The position numbers were made by a program, and so were the translations under genes. Positions 8,783 to 18,430 of a stretch of DNA of 64,000 bases are shown in pieces. This stretch comes from an uncultured virus (IMG/VR IMGVR_UViG_3300016466_000860). Lineage: Duplodnaviria; Heunggongvirae; Uroviricota; Caudoviricetes. Numbering within the stretch: the stretch's first letter is position 1; every line of letters begins with the position of its first letter. The notes below the pieces were generated by a model. It was not told where the DNA came from. It made no database searches and saw only the letters and a program-made list of their open reading frames with translations. The stretch lies in IMG/VR virus record IMGVR_UViG_3300016466_000860. One strand, 5' to 3'.

Positions 8783-9112
8783 TTGAAGATCAACATGACA
8801 GATACCAAGACCGAAGCCACCGTGAAACCCCGGATTGATCCAGACCTCTCAATCAAAGAGCCGCCCTTGTTCCGGGTGATCTATATCAATGATGAAACTA
8901 CTACCGTTGAATTTGTGATAGAGACTCTCCGATCGATATTTGATTACAGCGAAGAGCAGGCCGGAGAAATCACGATAAAAATACACAAAGATGGTTCTGC
9001 TGTGGTAGCAGTATTACCATTTGAAATCGCCGAACAAAAAGGCATAGAAGTCACCGTGCTCGCCCGCAACAACGGGTTTCCTTTACAAGTCAAGCTCGAA
9101 GCCGAACAATGA
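8783..9112 (+). CDS. clpS: ATP-dependent Clp protease adaptor ClpS
   Basis: PPLFRVIYINDETTTVEFV...IHKDGSAVV...EIAEQK...FPLQVKLE; start likely ATG 8795. Confidence 0.92.
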   Translation: MKINMTDTKTEATVKPRIDPDLSIKEPPLFRVIYINDETTTVEFVIETLRSIFDYSEEQAGEITIKIHKDGSAVVAVLPFEIAEQKGIEVTVLARNNGFPLQVKLEAEQ

Positions 9113-9588
9113 TTTTCAACCATATCAAAGACCTCAAAGCCCAGGGCAAGAGGATTGGCATCACTTTCTCTACCTTTGACATGTTGCATGCTGGCCATAT
9201 CGCCATGCTGGCTGAAGCCAAAAACCATTGCGACTATCTCATCGCTGGGTTACAGACTGATCCTACCATTGACAGACCTGACACTAAAAATCGCCCGGTG
9301 CAAAGCATCGTGGAGCGCCAGATACAGTTGGCTGCTTGCCGTTATGTGGACGAAGTGGTAGTTTATCAAACCGAAGAAGATCTCTGCGATCTGTTGCTGA
9401 TCTTGCCCGTGGATGTGCGTGTGCTGGGTGTGGAATACGAAGGCCGGCACTTCAGCGGCCGAGATGAATGCCATAAACGAGAGATCGAAATCGTATTCAA
9501 CGGTAGAGACCATTCGTTTTCCAGCTCGAGCCTGAGAAAACGGGTAGTGGCCGCCGAAAGCCATAAAGTCTTGACACAATCAAAATAA
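9109..9588 (+). CDS. Cytidylyltransferase (TagD/RfaE-like)
   Basis: STFDMLHAGH motif, RYVDEVV, RDHSFSSS. Confidence 0.88.
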   Translation: MIFNHIKDLKAQGKRIGITFSTFDMLHAGHIAMLAEAKNHCDYLIAGLQTDPTIDRPDTKNRPVQSIVERQIQLAACRYVDEVVVYQTEEDLCDLLLILPVDVRVLGVEYEGRHFSGRDECHKREIEIVFNGRDHSFSSSSLRKRVVAAESHKVLTQSK

Positions 9589-9599
9589 TAGCATATAAT
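9571..9599 (+). promoter_or_regulatory. Sigma70-like promoter
   Basis: TTGACA-17nt-TATAAT. Confidence 0.75.
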
Positions 9600-9606
9600 A
9601 TCCATT

Positions 9607-10137
9607 ATGGATGTGATGCTTGATCTCGAAACGCTAGGAACTCGCCCGGACTGTGTGATACTGACTCTGGGTGCTGTCAAATTTGACCCCTACACCCCCA
9701 AGGAGCCCGGGCCAGGCTTGTATCTGCGCATCGACGCCGACGAGCAAATCGCCCGGGGCCGCGAAGTGCAGGAGGACACCTTGCAATGGTGGATGAAGCA
9801 GGATGAAATTGTGCGCGAAGAAGCCATTGGCGAGAACGATCGAGTCTCGGTTGAAGACATGTACAAACAATTGAACCGTTTCCTAGTAGGTGTAAATAAC
9901 ATATGGGCGCAAGGGCCTGTGTTTGATATCGCGATCCTTGAAAACATATACCGCCAGTATGGTTGGCCTACTCCGTGGCAGTTTTGGCAGATCCGAGACA
10001 GCCGCACGTTGTTTGGGGTCCTGGGCGATCCAAGGGCAAAAGGCCGAGTGGGACACCACAATGCCCTGGCCGATTGCGTGTATCAAGCACAGGCTGTCCA
10101 GCAAGTCTATCACGAACATGGCATACGACCACGATGA
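9607..10137 (+). CDS. DEDDh 3'-5' exonuclease (Rv2179c/DUF5051-like)
   Basis: MLDLETLG, WAQGPVFD, RDSRT, HNALADC. Confidence 0.9.
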   Translation: MDVMLDLETLGTRPDCVILTLGAVKFDPYTPKEPGPGLYLRIDADEQIARGREVQEDTLQWWMKQDEIVREEAIGENDRVSVEDMYKQLNRFLVGVNNIWAQGPVFDIAILENIYRQYGWPTPWQFWQIRDSRTLFGVLGDPRAKGRVGHHNALADCVYQAQAVQQVYHEHGIRPR

Positions 10138-11414
10138 ACCTCTTCCATCCCGACAGCGATAAAAACAAGTTTGGTTATTATGAAGTCGGAGATTATCGTA
10201 CCTACAGCAAATATGACGCTATAGTAGTGGCCGAGCAACAAGGCAAAACCCCAACTTGGAACTTCAACGATGCAGTCTTTTCTTGTTATGATTGGACGCA
10301 AGAACCTGCTGAATCTTTGCAGGAACTTTATCGCCGCCGGGCCGAACAATTGCGAAACAAATATGACTACTTGGTGTTGGCCTTCAGTGGAGGATCAGAC
10401 AGTCACAATGCGTTGATGGCGTTTATAAAAAACGGAATACATATCGACGAATTGATGACATTTCATACGTTCGAAGGTAATCGCGGAGATCGAGATTCCT
10501 TCCAGAATGCAGAAATATGGAGAGTGGCCAAACCCTATGGAGAACTGTTGCAATCAAAGTATCCCGGAATCAAACATAGATTCGTTGATCTCACTTCTTA
10601 TCAATTCCGATTCTGGAAAGATCACCCTGAAGCCAAATTTGACTTTGTTTATTACGGCAACGCCTGTGCCAGCATACAAAATATCTGTCGATCTGATCTG
10701 CGTTTATATATCGATGACTATCGATCATTGATCGAGTCGGGAAAAAAGTTGGGAATAATTTTTGCGGTCGACAAGCCCGAAGTACGATTTGAAAATGGTC
10801 AATGGCAAGCCAGTTTCTATGACATCGTCGATCATAGCGTTCCTCCGATACAACAGATAAACAATAGAGAAACTGATCACAGTGAGTTTTTTTACTGGAC
10901 GCCAGATCTTCCTGAACTCGTGATCAAACAGTGCCATGAAATTAAAAAATATCTACAAGATCCCAAAAACGTAAAAAAAATCAATCAGTTTCCAAAATTT
11001 AATCGCTGGGGGTTTGAAGTGACAGAGTCTCATGTCTGGTATGATCAACGCCGGCTCACCAACGACCAGATTAAAACTATATTGTATCCCCATTGGAGCC
11101 TTGATACGTTCAGTATCGAAAAAAGTCCCACCGGCATACTCTTCTCCAAGAGAGATGAATGGTTTTACGGAACCAATCTGGAAGAAACAGAGATATATAT
11201 GCGCAATGCAGCCAAGGTTTTACAAATAGGAAAAAAATGGTTCAATTGGGTCACAATTAAAAATGACAATTATAAATCATTTGAGGGTATGCTTAAAAAT
11301 TTTATCTATCCAAGGCAGTCGGAGTTTGGTGTATTTTTTAAAAACAAATCCAACGAGATAGTGTTTCCCAAAAGTTACAAAATATTTAATACTAGAAATT
11401 ATCATATCGGTTAA
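10134..11414 (+). CDS. PP-loop (adenine nucleotide alpha-hydrolase) family protein
   Basis: LAFSGGSDS motif; start at ATG 10134 overlapping upstream stop. Confidence 0.7.
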   Translation: MNLFHPDSDKNKFGYYEVGDYRTYSKYDAIVVAEQQGKTPTWNFNDAVFSCYDWTQEPAESLQELYRRRAEQLRNKYDYLVLAFSGGSDSHNALMAFIKNGIHIDELMTFHTFEGNRGDRDSFQNAEIWRVAKPYGELLQSKYPGIKHRFVDLTSYQFRFWKDHPEAKFDFVYYGNACASIQNICRSDLRLYIDDYRSLIESGKKLGIIFAVDKPEVRFENGQWQASFYDIVDHSVPPIQQINNRETDHSEFFYWTPDLPELVIKQCHEIKKYLQDPKNVKKINQFPKFNRWGFEVTESHVWYDQRRLTNDQIKTILYPHWSLDTFSIEKSPTGILFSKRDEWFYGTNLEETEIYMRNAAKVLQIGKKWFNWVTIKNDNYKSFEGMLKNFIYPRQSEFGVFFKNKSNEIVFPKSYKIFNTRNYHIG

Positions 11415-11432
11415 CTGTAGAAAAATACAATC

Positions 11433-11738
11433 ATGCAAATAATATTCCATAGACACATTGCTGAAGAACTCAGGAAGAGGTATACGGTACTGGACCTCGA
11501 AGAATTTGACATCAATGGGCAAAAAGTTGAAGCATTTTGTGTGATACCTGCGGAAAAAATCGGCCTTGGTGAAATGTGCTCGTTGGAGCAGAACATGAAA
11601 AACCATGCCGACTTTGTTGCTCTTGCCAAGGCTAAAAATTACGAAGCTTGCTGTGCTCTTGTTGATGATCTTTACGGCAAATTTGGTGGAGAACTGGATT
11701 CATTCTACGATGAGATCATGAGCCGAAAAAACACATAA
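11433..11738 (+). CDS. Hypothetical phage protein
   Basis: ORF with C-terminal GKFGGELDSFY. Confidence 0.7.
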   Translation: MQIIFHRHIAEELRKRYTVLDLEEFDINGQKVEAFCVIPAEKIGLGEMCSLEQNMKNHADFVALAKAKNYEACCALVDDLYGKFGGELDSFYDEIMSRKNT

Positions 11739-11765
11739 ATATCAAGAACAAAAAGGAAAAACACA

Positions 11766-12473
11766 TTGTTAGAATTACTATTGGTATTGATAATCACACA
11801 CGTCACCATAGCAAGTGTTACCATCTATTTGCATAGATGCCAAGCGCATCGAGCAGTCGAATTACATCCAGCTGTTAGTCATTTCATGCGTTTTTGGTTG
11901 TGGATCACCACCGGAATGATCACCCGGGAATGGGTAGCCGTGCATCGCAAACACCATCAAGCCTGTGAGACACATCAGGACCCGCATAGTCCGCAAGTAC
12001 ACGGTATTCTTCGAGTATTGTTCGGGGGAGCCTGGTTATATGCCAATGCCACCAAGAATCGCAGGATGATCGAACAGTACGGCAAGGGCACACCTGATGA
12101 CTGGATGGAGCAAAATGTCTATACACGCTACCCCAACATGGGCTATCTCATCCTATTGGTGACCCTCACCTTGGCATTCAATGGCTGGGGCATAGTGATG
12201 TGGCTGACTACTGTGGCGTGGATTCCTTTCTGGGCTGCTGGCGTGATCAATGGTGTGGGACATTGGTGGGGCTATCGCAACACCAACACCAAGGATTGCA
12301 GTCGTAATATCGTGCCATGGGGTATCATAGTGGGCGGAGAAGAACTGCACAATAATCACCACAAGAGTCCGGCATCGGCCAAACTCAGCGATCGTTGGTG
12401 GGAGTTTGACATAGGTTGGCTATATATCAGAGTACTAGAGATCGTGGGCCTTGCCCGAGTTAAGATCCGATAA
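11766..12473 (+). CDS. desA: Fatty acid (acyl-CoA delta-9-like) desaturase
   Basis: His boxes HRCQAH, HRKHH, HNNHH; WWEFDIGW. Confidence 0.9.
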   Translation: MLELLLVLIITHVTIASVTIYLHRCQAHRAVELHPAVSHFMRFWLWITTGMITREWVAVHRKHHQACETHQDPHSPQVHGILRVLFGGAWLYANATKNRRMIEQYGKGTPDDWMEQNVYTRYPNMGYLILLVTLTLAFNGWGIVMWLTTVAWIPFWAAGVINGVGHWWGYRNTNTKDCSRNIVPWGIIVGGEELHNNHHKSPASAKLSDRWWEFDIGWLYIRVLEIVGLARVKIR

Positions 12474-12570
12474 GAACACACCTTAGGACCGGTATTAAGT
12501 TACCGAAAGTGTGCGCCGGCTGCTGGCGCGGGCAAAGCGATTCGCTACCGTGGAGCTCGGAAGTGAGCTA
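12474..12570. ncRNA. Candidate structured ncRNA made of rRNA-like motifs (strand unresolved)
   Basis: Between convergent genes; several hairpins; minus strand contains GCCAGCAGCCG, GGTAGCGAA and CGGTCCTAAGGT, identical to conserved 16S/23S segments. Confidence 0.55.
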
Positions 12571-13752
12571 TCAATAAGTTAGAATTTTATATAATTTTTG
12601 ATACTGGTTTGCAGAAACAGAAATCCCCGACCAATTCAAGGCCGGTTTTATGTTATCGATGAATTCTTGAGCAACGATATGTTTGAGATCATAATAAAAA
12701 TGATTCCAGTTGTGCTCTAGGATTGGTAACATGTCTTTGACGATTTCAGTTCGTTGTCGGTCAGATAGTCTAGAAAGATCCTCTAATATTTTGACTACCG
12801 CTCCAACCCTTTCTCCAGGATCGGTGATATCGTCGTAGCCTTCATCCCAATAATCTCCGAATGTTTTGAATCCGTAGTCTCGAAAATATTTTAAATTCCC
12901 TACCCCACCCAATAAGAGAAACGGTTGTTTGCAGACAATGGGTTTGAATATTTTTTCAGTGAGGTGTAGTTTATTGGGATAGAAAACAGTCTCTGTGACT
13001 ATTTGGACAAACGCACGTTGGGAGTTGGGTATATCAATGGTGGTGCTCAATGCGCCATGTGGTTCCTGGGTATCGATATATAAATCAGTGAACTTGTGTT
13101 TGTGCCGTTGGAAAATATCGTGGCTGTCCTGAGTATAATCCGTGTTCTGTAACACAATATCTTCTAGATCGTTTAAACCCGGATGTTTGAAACTAATAAG
13201 TCCCCGACGAAATAAATCTTTTTCGTGTATCCTTGACAAAAAATCAATCCTATGAGCACGTCGGGGATTCACAATGTGTTGATAGCTGACAAATAAATAC
13301 TCATGGCTAGTCTGTACGTCGATATTAATTTTCCAATAGTTTCTATACCAATCAATCGCAGCAGCGGCATGAAAAAAATAGTAAATACTCTTAAATCCAA
13401 TGAAATCTCTGAATGAATCAAATGCCGGCGATTTTTCGCTGGTAACAACGAAACGATCATCATACGTCTCATTGAGCCAACTCAAATCGACTATGTTTTT
13501 ATCTTCGGATGTGAGTGGTGGGTTTTTCGAAAAATTGATCATCTGTCTAAACAATTTTCCGTCCAATGGTTCCTGATCAAAAAATGTGATCACCCTTGAC
13601 GTGGATCGAGGCTGTGGCAAAGGACCCGATATTTTTGTAAACTGATAAAATGGCAACCTAGAAAAAAATTTATCATTGACGTATGTCTCGAAGTTTAGAT
13701 CTTTGAGAAATCCATTATAGATATTTCTGTACCAATAATTAACGGAGTCCAT
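12571..13752 (-). CDS. Glycosyltransferase-like phage protein
   Basis: IVTET...LTEKIFKPI...QPFLLLG...YFRDYGFKTF...WDEGYD motif. Confidence 0.6.
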   Translation of the reverse strand: MDSVNYWYRNIYNGFLKDLNFETYVNDKFFSRLPFYQFTKISGPLPQPRSTSRVITFFDQEPLDGKLFRQMINFSKNPPLTSEDKNIVDLSWLNETYDDRFVVTSEKSPAFDSFRDFIGFKSIYYFFHAAAAIDWYRNYWKINIDVQTSHEYLFVSYQHIVNPRRAHRIDFLSRIHEKDLFRRGLISFKHPGLNDLEDIVLQNTDYTQDSHDIFQRHKHKFTDLYIDTQEPHGALSTTIDIPNSQRAFVQIVTETVFYPNKLHLTEKIFKPIVCKQPFLLLGGVGNLKYFRDYGFKTFGDYWDEGYDDITDPGERVGAVVKILEDLSRLSDRQRTEIVKDMLPILEHNWNHFYYDLKHIVAQEFIDNIKPALNWSGISVSANQYQKLYKILTY

Positions 13753-14982
13753 ATGAAAAAAGTAGGTTTTATAGGAATTGGAAAACTAGGTTTGCCATGT
13801 GCCGAAGCCATGGCCAAATGCTATAATGTTACCGGCTATGATATTTATCCGCCGGTTAGCGACAAGATCAAAATAACCAACACGCTTGAAGAAGCTGTCA
13901 GAGGTAAATCTTTTATTTTTGTAGCGGTACAGACTCCGCACGAACAGAGGTACGATGGCAGAGAACCAATATCTCACCTCGAAAACAAGGACTTCGATTA
14001 CAGCATAGTTGAGCAGGTATTGCGAGATATCAATGAGCTAGTGACCACAGATCAGATAGTGGTCCTGATATCAACGGTGCTGCCAGGTATCGTTAGGAAA
14101 AGATTACAACCATGCATCACAAATGCTAGATTCATCTACAATCCCTATCTCATTGCCATGGGATCAGTGGCCTGGGACATGGTCAACCCCGAGATGGTCA
14201 TGATCGGAACTCATGACGGTGCGCAGTCATCGGAGGCTCAGGACCTGATAGAATTCTATCGACCTCTCATGCAAAACGATCCTAGATATGTGGTTGGTAC
14301 CTGGGAGGAAACAGAGTGTATCAAAGTATTCTATAACACATTCATCTCAGCCAAGATCGGGTTGGTCAATATGATACAGGACGTGGCCATGAAAATCGGC
14401 AACACCAATGTAGATGTGGTCACTGACGCATTGGCCAATTCGACCATGCGGATTATGAGCCCCAAGTATATGAAAGCCGGCATGGGTGATGCCGGACCGT
14501 GCCATCCCAGAGACAACATCGCACTACGCTATCTCGCTGAGAAGCTTGACCTTGGCTACGATATCTTTGACACTATCATTGAAGCGCGAGAAAAACAGGC
14601 AGAAAACATCGCTCTCTATCTCAACTATCTGCAACAAGGATCGCAAATGCCAGTGATCATCATGGGCAAGGCCTACAAACCTGATGTTGAATATGTGGAT
14701 GGCAGCTATAGTTTATTGATTGGACACTATCTTGAAAAACTCGGAACAAGATTTTCCTATTGCGATCCCCTTACCAATGATGCGATACCAGGACCAATAC
14801 AGGCCATCGCTTTCTTGGCGCACAATCGATCTGTGACCTATGGCTACAGTGGCGAGCAGGTCCAGCAAGAACTTTATGTAGAACTATCTCCGGGATCGGT
14901 CATAGTTGATCCCTGGAGGATGTATCCCCTTGACGACTACAGATACAGTGTAGTACACTACGGAAACACTAGGTCAAGATAA
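13753..14982 (+). CDS. ugd: UDP-glucose/GDP-mannose dehydrogenase family
   Basis: GIGKLG Rossmann motif, AVQTP, STVLPG, KVFYN, GPCHPRD, GKAYKP. Confidence 0.9.
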   Translation: MKKVGFIGIGKLGLPCAEAMAKCYNVTGYDIYPPVSDKIKITNTLEEAVRGKSFIFVAVQTPHEQRYDGREPISHLENKDFDYSIVEQVLRDINELVTTDQIVVLISTVLPGIVRKRLQPCITNARFIYNPYLIAMGSVAWDMVNPEMVMIGTHDGAQSSEAQDLIEFYRPLMQNDPRYVVGTWEETECIKVFYNTFISAKIGLVNMIQDVAMKIGNTNVDVVTDALANSTMRIMSPKYMKAGMGDAGPCHPRDNIALRYLAEKLDLGYDIFDTIIEAREKQAENIALYLNYLQQGSQMPVIIMGKAYKPDVEYVDGSYSLLIGHYLEKLGTRFSYCDPLTNDAIPGPIQAIAFLAHNRSVTYGYSGEQVQQELYVELSPGSVIVDPWRMYPLDDYRYSVVHYGNTRSR

Positions 14983-15494
14983 TGCAATCAGTCACTTACA
15001 GAAACATCGAAACCTTCTGGGATGATCAATATCAACATCTAGAGTATATCAATGAGGATTTTAATTCGCCCGAGGATGTTGAGAAATGGCAGCAACAGGG
15101 TTTTACTACGCGATTTACCGGGGACATGTGTGATATGAGATCACCACAACCAACCTGGAACAGCAAAATCATTGATCATTTTTCTAATCTAGGTTGGAAG
15201 GACATTGGCACCAGTTACTATCGCATGATGCCAGGAACGGTGTTACCCACGCATCAGGACAGGTATGTCAGGTACATTGACATATTTGGATTGCAGGGAC
15301 GAGAACAGTCCATACGCCGCGCAGTGGTATTCTTGGAAGCCTGGCAACCCGGACACTACGCTGAGTATGATGGTAGACCTTATGTGAACTGGAGCGCAGG
15401 CGCCACAGTGGAGTGGACCTACGATACTCCACACATGGCGGCCAATATTGGCATCACACCGCGTTACACTCTACAAATCACCGGACATCTATGA
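14982..15494 (+). CDS. 2OG-Fe(II)/cupin oxygenase-like protein
   Basis: PGTVLPTHQD (HxD) ... HMAAN...RYTLQITG. Confidence 0.7.
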   Translation: MQSVTYRNIETFWDDQYQHLEYINEDFNSPEDVEKWQQQGFTTRFTGDMCDMRSPQPTWNSKIIDHFSNLGWKDIGTSYYRMMPGTVLPTHQDRYVRYIDIFGLQGREQSIRRAVVFLEAWQPGHYAEYDGRPYVNWSAGATVEWTYDTPHMAANIGITPRYTLQITGHL

Positions 15495-16402
15495 ACAGTT
15501 TCAACGAATGGGATCGGTTGCGTGAAGTGGTAGTAGGCACTGCCACCAATGCCAATTGGCCCTCCAGCGACCCAGTGTTCTCGCAGGAAAGCGAAAAGAC
15601 CTTGTGGAAAGAAACACCTGTGCCCGCGGGCCCGGTGCCCCAGTGGATCGTGGACGAAGCCAACGAGGATCTTGAAGTGTTGTCTAATACGCTCGAAGAA
15701 GAAGGGGTCACAGTGCATCGTCCCAGAGACTTGGATTTCGTGGCCCGTGGCGGCATGTATAATTATTGCCCCAGAGATAGGTTGATAGTCTACGGCAACC
15801 GTGTGATCGACACGGCCATGATGTACCCTTGCCGCGACATGGAGATCGAAGCCTTAGAAATGGTCACGTCTCGTGCCAGCGAAGTCATGGGCATGCCACG
15901 TGATCAAGGGCTGATACTAGATGCAGCCAACGTATGTCGACTAAACGATCGATGGTTATTCCTGGAGTCGGCATCGGGCAATCGTGCCGCCTATGAATGG
16001 CTTTGCCAGAATGTGCCCAACGTCGACATTGAGCTCTGCAACTTCTATGCCGGAGTACACATCGATTCGACTATCGTTCCTTTGCGTGAAGGACTGGTAC
16101 TGTTGAACGCCAGCAGAGTCAACGAAAAAAATTGTCCCGCTGTGTTCGAAACTTGGGAAAAAATCTACGTCGATGATGTGGCCGCTCAAGGATTTTATCA
16201 GTACCCCTATGCCAGCAAATGGATAGCATTAAACATGCTGAGCATCGATCCTGAAACAGTCATAGTTGACGGTAGTCAACAAAATTTGATCAAGCTGTTA
16301 GAAAGCAAGAAATTCACGGTGATTCCCTTGACACTGAGACACAGCCGTACTTTGGGAGGTGGATTCCATTGTGTTACCTTGGACCTTGTTAGGTCCGCAT
16401 AA
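15491..16402 (+). CDS. Amidinotransferase (glycine/inosamine-phosphate type)
   Basis: NSFNEWDRLREVVVG, CPRD, DAAN, HIDST, GGGFHCVTLD. Confidence 0.9.
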   Translation: MNSFNEWDRLREVVVGTATNANWPSSDPVFSQESEKTLWKETPVPAGPVPQWIVDEANEDLEVLSNTLEEEGVTVHRPRDLDFVARGGMYNYCPRDRLIVYGNRVIDTAMMYPCRDMEIEALEMVTSRASEVMGMPRDQGLILDAANVCRLNDRWLFLESASGNRAAYEWLCQNVPNVDIELCNFYAGVHIDSTIVPLREGLVLLNASRVNEKNCPAVFETWEKIYVDDVAAQGFYQYPYASKWIALNMLSIDPETVIVDGSQQNLIKLLESKKFTVIPLTLRHSRTLGGGFHCVTLDLVRSA

Positions 16403-16434
16403 ATATCAAATAACAATAAAAATTTATTGGAACT

Positions 16435-17181
16435 ATGACAAAATTTGATATTTACACCGATGCGGTATTTTCAGCTCTGGTAGATCATCCAAAAAAACTC
16501 GAAATAATAACTCGCAAGCAAGAGGTACTTCGAGAAGTGGCCAGTTTCCACAATTTCACACCGTCTAGTGTGCTGTATGTGGGATTTACCCCATCGATCT
16601 TAGATTGTCGGGTCAAGTCTGTGTCAGTGACGGAAATCAGCGATGCCGCCAGAGATTATCTTGATCAGCACAAGATCAAGTATACCTATATCGACCCTAA
16701 AAATCTTGCCAACTACAACAAAAAATTTGATGTAGTGGTTGCTCTTGACGAATATTTTACCTTTGCATCCAGTGATCAGGAACAACAAGATCAGATACGT
16801 CTTTTTTGTTCATTGACCAAAGAATTCCTGATAAGTACTTTGAAGGATTACAAGAATCAAGATTTCAAAGACAAAGAATTTAGTCATCCGGCGTTGATCC
16901 GTAAAAGCAACCGTGTTTTTTCTTACCTAGAAGTACACGATTGGGACGTCAAGGATCGTGCGCAATGGACTACCACAGTGCATGAAATTTCGTCGCCGGG
17001 GAATACTTTGAAATCCTGGGGAGATTTCCAGCGTCGTACCATGTATTTCAAACAGCTGGCCAAATTCTCTCACGATGCCGGTGCCGCTGATTTTGTAGTA
17101 CACCGCAATCTTATGTACAAGAGCTTAATCAAAAAAAATTACGAACATGTAATTAGCATTCGATTCGAAGATGGATATTAA
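16435..17181 (+). CDS. Hypothetical protein, possible degenerate SAM-methyltransferase fold
   Basis: SVLYVGF, KFDVVVALDEYFT; CATAAATA upstream. Confidence 0.55.
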   Translation: MTKFDIYTDAVFSALVDHPKKLEIITRKQEVLREVASFHNFTPSSVLYVGFTPSILDCRVKSVSVTEISDAARDYLDQHKIKYTYIDPKNLANYNKKFDVVVALDEYFTFASSDQEQQDQIRLFCSLTKEFLISTLKDYKNQDFKDKEFSHPALIRKSNRVFSYLEVHDWDVKDRAQWTTTVHEISSPGNTLKSWGDFQRRTMYFKQLAKFSHDAGAADFVVHRNLMYKSLIKKNYEHVISIRFEDGY

Positions 17182-18430
17182 CAAAACAGTAGCAGAACTA
17201 ACAGCACAGCTCACAGAAAACATACTTGGTTCTATCAAAGTTGATATTGAGCGTCAACTTGGTTCCATGCTACAGACCAAACTCAAAGACATTGACATAC
17301 CGGCAGTGGTAGCCGGTTCAACGGCTGCACGCATTGATGCATACCTTGATTCCAATAATGGTTGGGTCAGTGATCTCAATCAAACTGTCATTGATAACAT
17401 AGTTGAGAGAGTCACCGTATCAGCAAACAAAAAACTCGAGGAAGACATCCATCAATTGATATCGACTTATGCGCAACAAAACATCAACGATGTTGCGTTG
17501 CAGGCCTATGAAAATGTCATAAAAGAAAAGCTTCGAGGAATAGCGGTCCCGGCGAAATCTATGCCGATTTCGGCTTTGGATTTCTCTTCGCAAAAACTCA
17601 GCGGCGACAATATTTCGGGTGGCATCATTGATAGATTCGGCAGCACTGGCATCGAAGATCAGGCCACACAGTGCCAGATCACTGTGCTAGACGAGCATAC
17701 TATTTTTGAAAACAATTTGGTTGCACAAGGGCTCACAGTCAAAGGAACCACCACGCTCGAAGGTGATGTCATAATACGTGGTGTGATACCGGTGGACTCG
17801 CCGGTGTTTGAGAGATTGGTTGACCATAGCAAAAACAAAGTCATAGACAATATCAACCAAACATTGTTTACTGGTTACAGCGATTTGATCTTTGAACGCA
17901 TACAGACCGACGGAATCGACCTCTCAAAGATCACCGTTGGCGGCAAAGAAGTGATACGCAATAATCAATTGATGCCCGCGATAACTGAAAGTGGTCTTCA
18001 GAAAGTCGGCACACTAAAAACACTAGAAGTGTCCGGAGAGACCCTATTGTCCGAAAGCCTGTACGCTACGAAAAAACGAGTAGGCATCAACACCATCGAT
18101 CCCAGTGCAGCCTTGACCATATGGGACGAAGAGGTTGAATTGGCCATCGGTAAACGCAATAAAGACACAGTATGGATCAATACTCCAAGATCACAGCGTG
18201 TGATAATTTCCAGCAACGGCAAAGAAAATCTCGTGCTTGACACCGACGGATCTGTGCAGATTGACGAATTGAAATTGGGCACCCAAACATTCTCTAGCGC
18301 ACAGCAGGCACCCAACTACGAGTCATCCAAAGGCACAGTGGTATTCAATGCCAATCCCAGTCTGGGCGGACCACTTGGTTGGGTGTGCTTGGGAGGAGCC
18401 CGCTGGGCCAATTTCGGAATCATTGACTAA
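17171..18430 (+). CDS. Putative virion/tail-fibre-like protein
   Basis: SGLQKVGTLKTLEVSG, RVGINT.DP, C-terminal GTVVFN.NP..GGPLGWVC. Confidence 0.55.
   Translation: MDINKTVAELTAQLTENILGSIKVDIERQLGSMLQTKLKDIDIPAVVAGSTAARIDAYLDSNNGWVSDLNQTVIDNIVERVTVSANKKLEEDIHQLISTYAQQNINDVALQAYENVIKEKLRGIAVPAKSMPISALDFSSQKLSGDNISGGIIDRFGSTGIEDQATQCQITVLDEHTIFENNLVAQGLTVKGTTTLEGDVIIRGVIPVDSPVFERLVDHSKNKVIDNINQTLFTGYSDLIFERIQTDGIDLSKITVGGKEVIRNNQLMPAITESGLQKVGTLKTLEVSGETLLSESLYATKKRVGINTIDPSAALTIWDEEVELAIGKRNKDTVWINTPRSQRVIISSNGKENLVLDTDGSVQIDELKLGTQTFSSAQQAPNYESSKGTVVFNANPSLGGPLGWVCLGGARWANFGIID

Noticed and set aside
12474..12570. Reading this element as an rRNA gene fragment, twister ribozyme or intact I-CeuI site
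   Set aside because: Motifs come from both subunits in non-collinear order; twister pseudoknot pairings not found; the homing site is split
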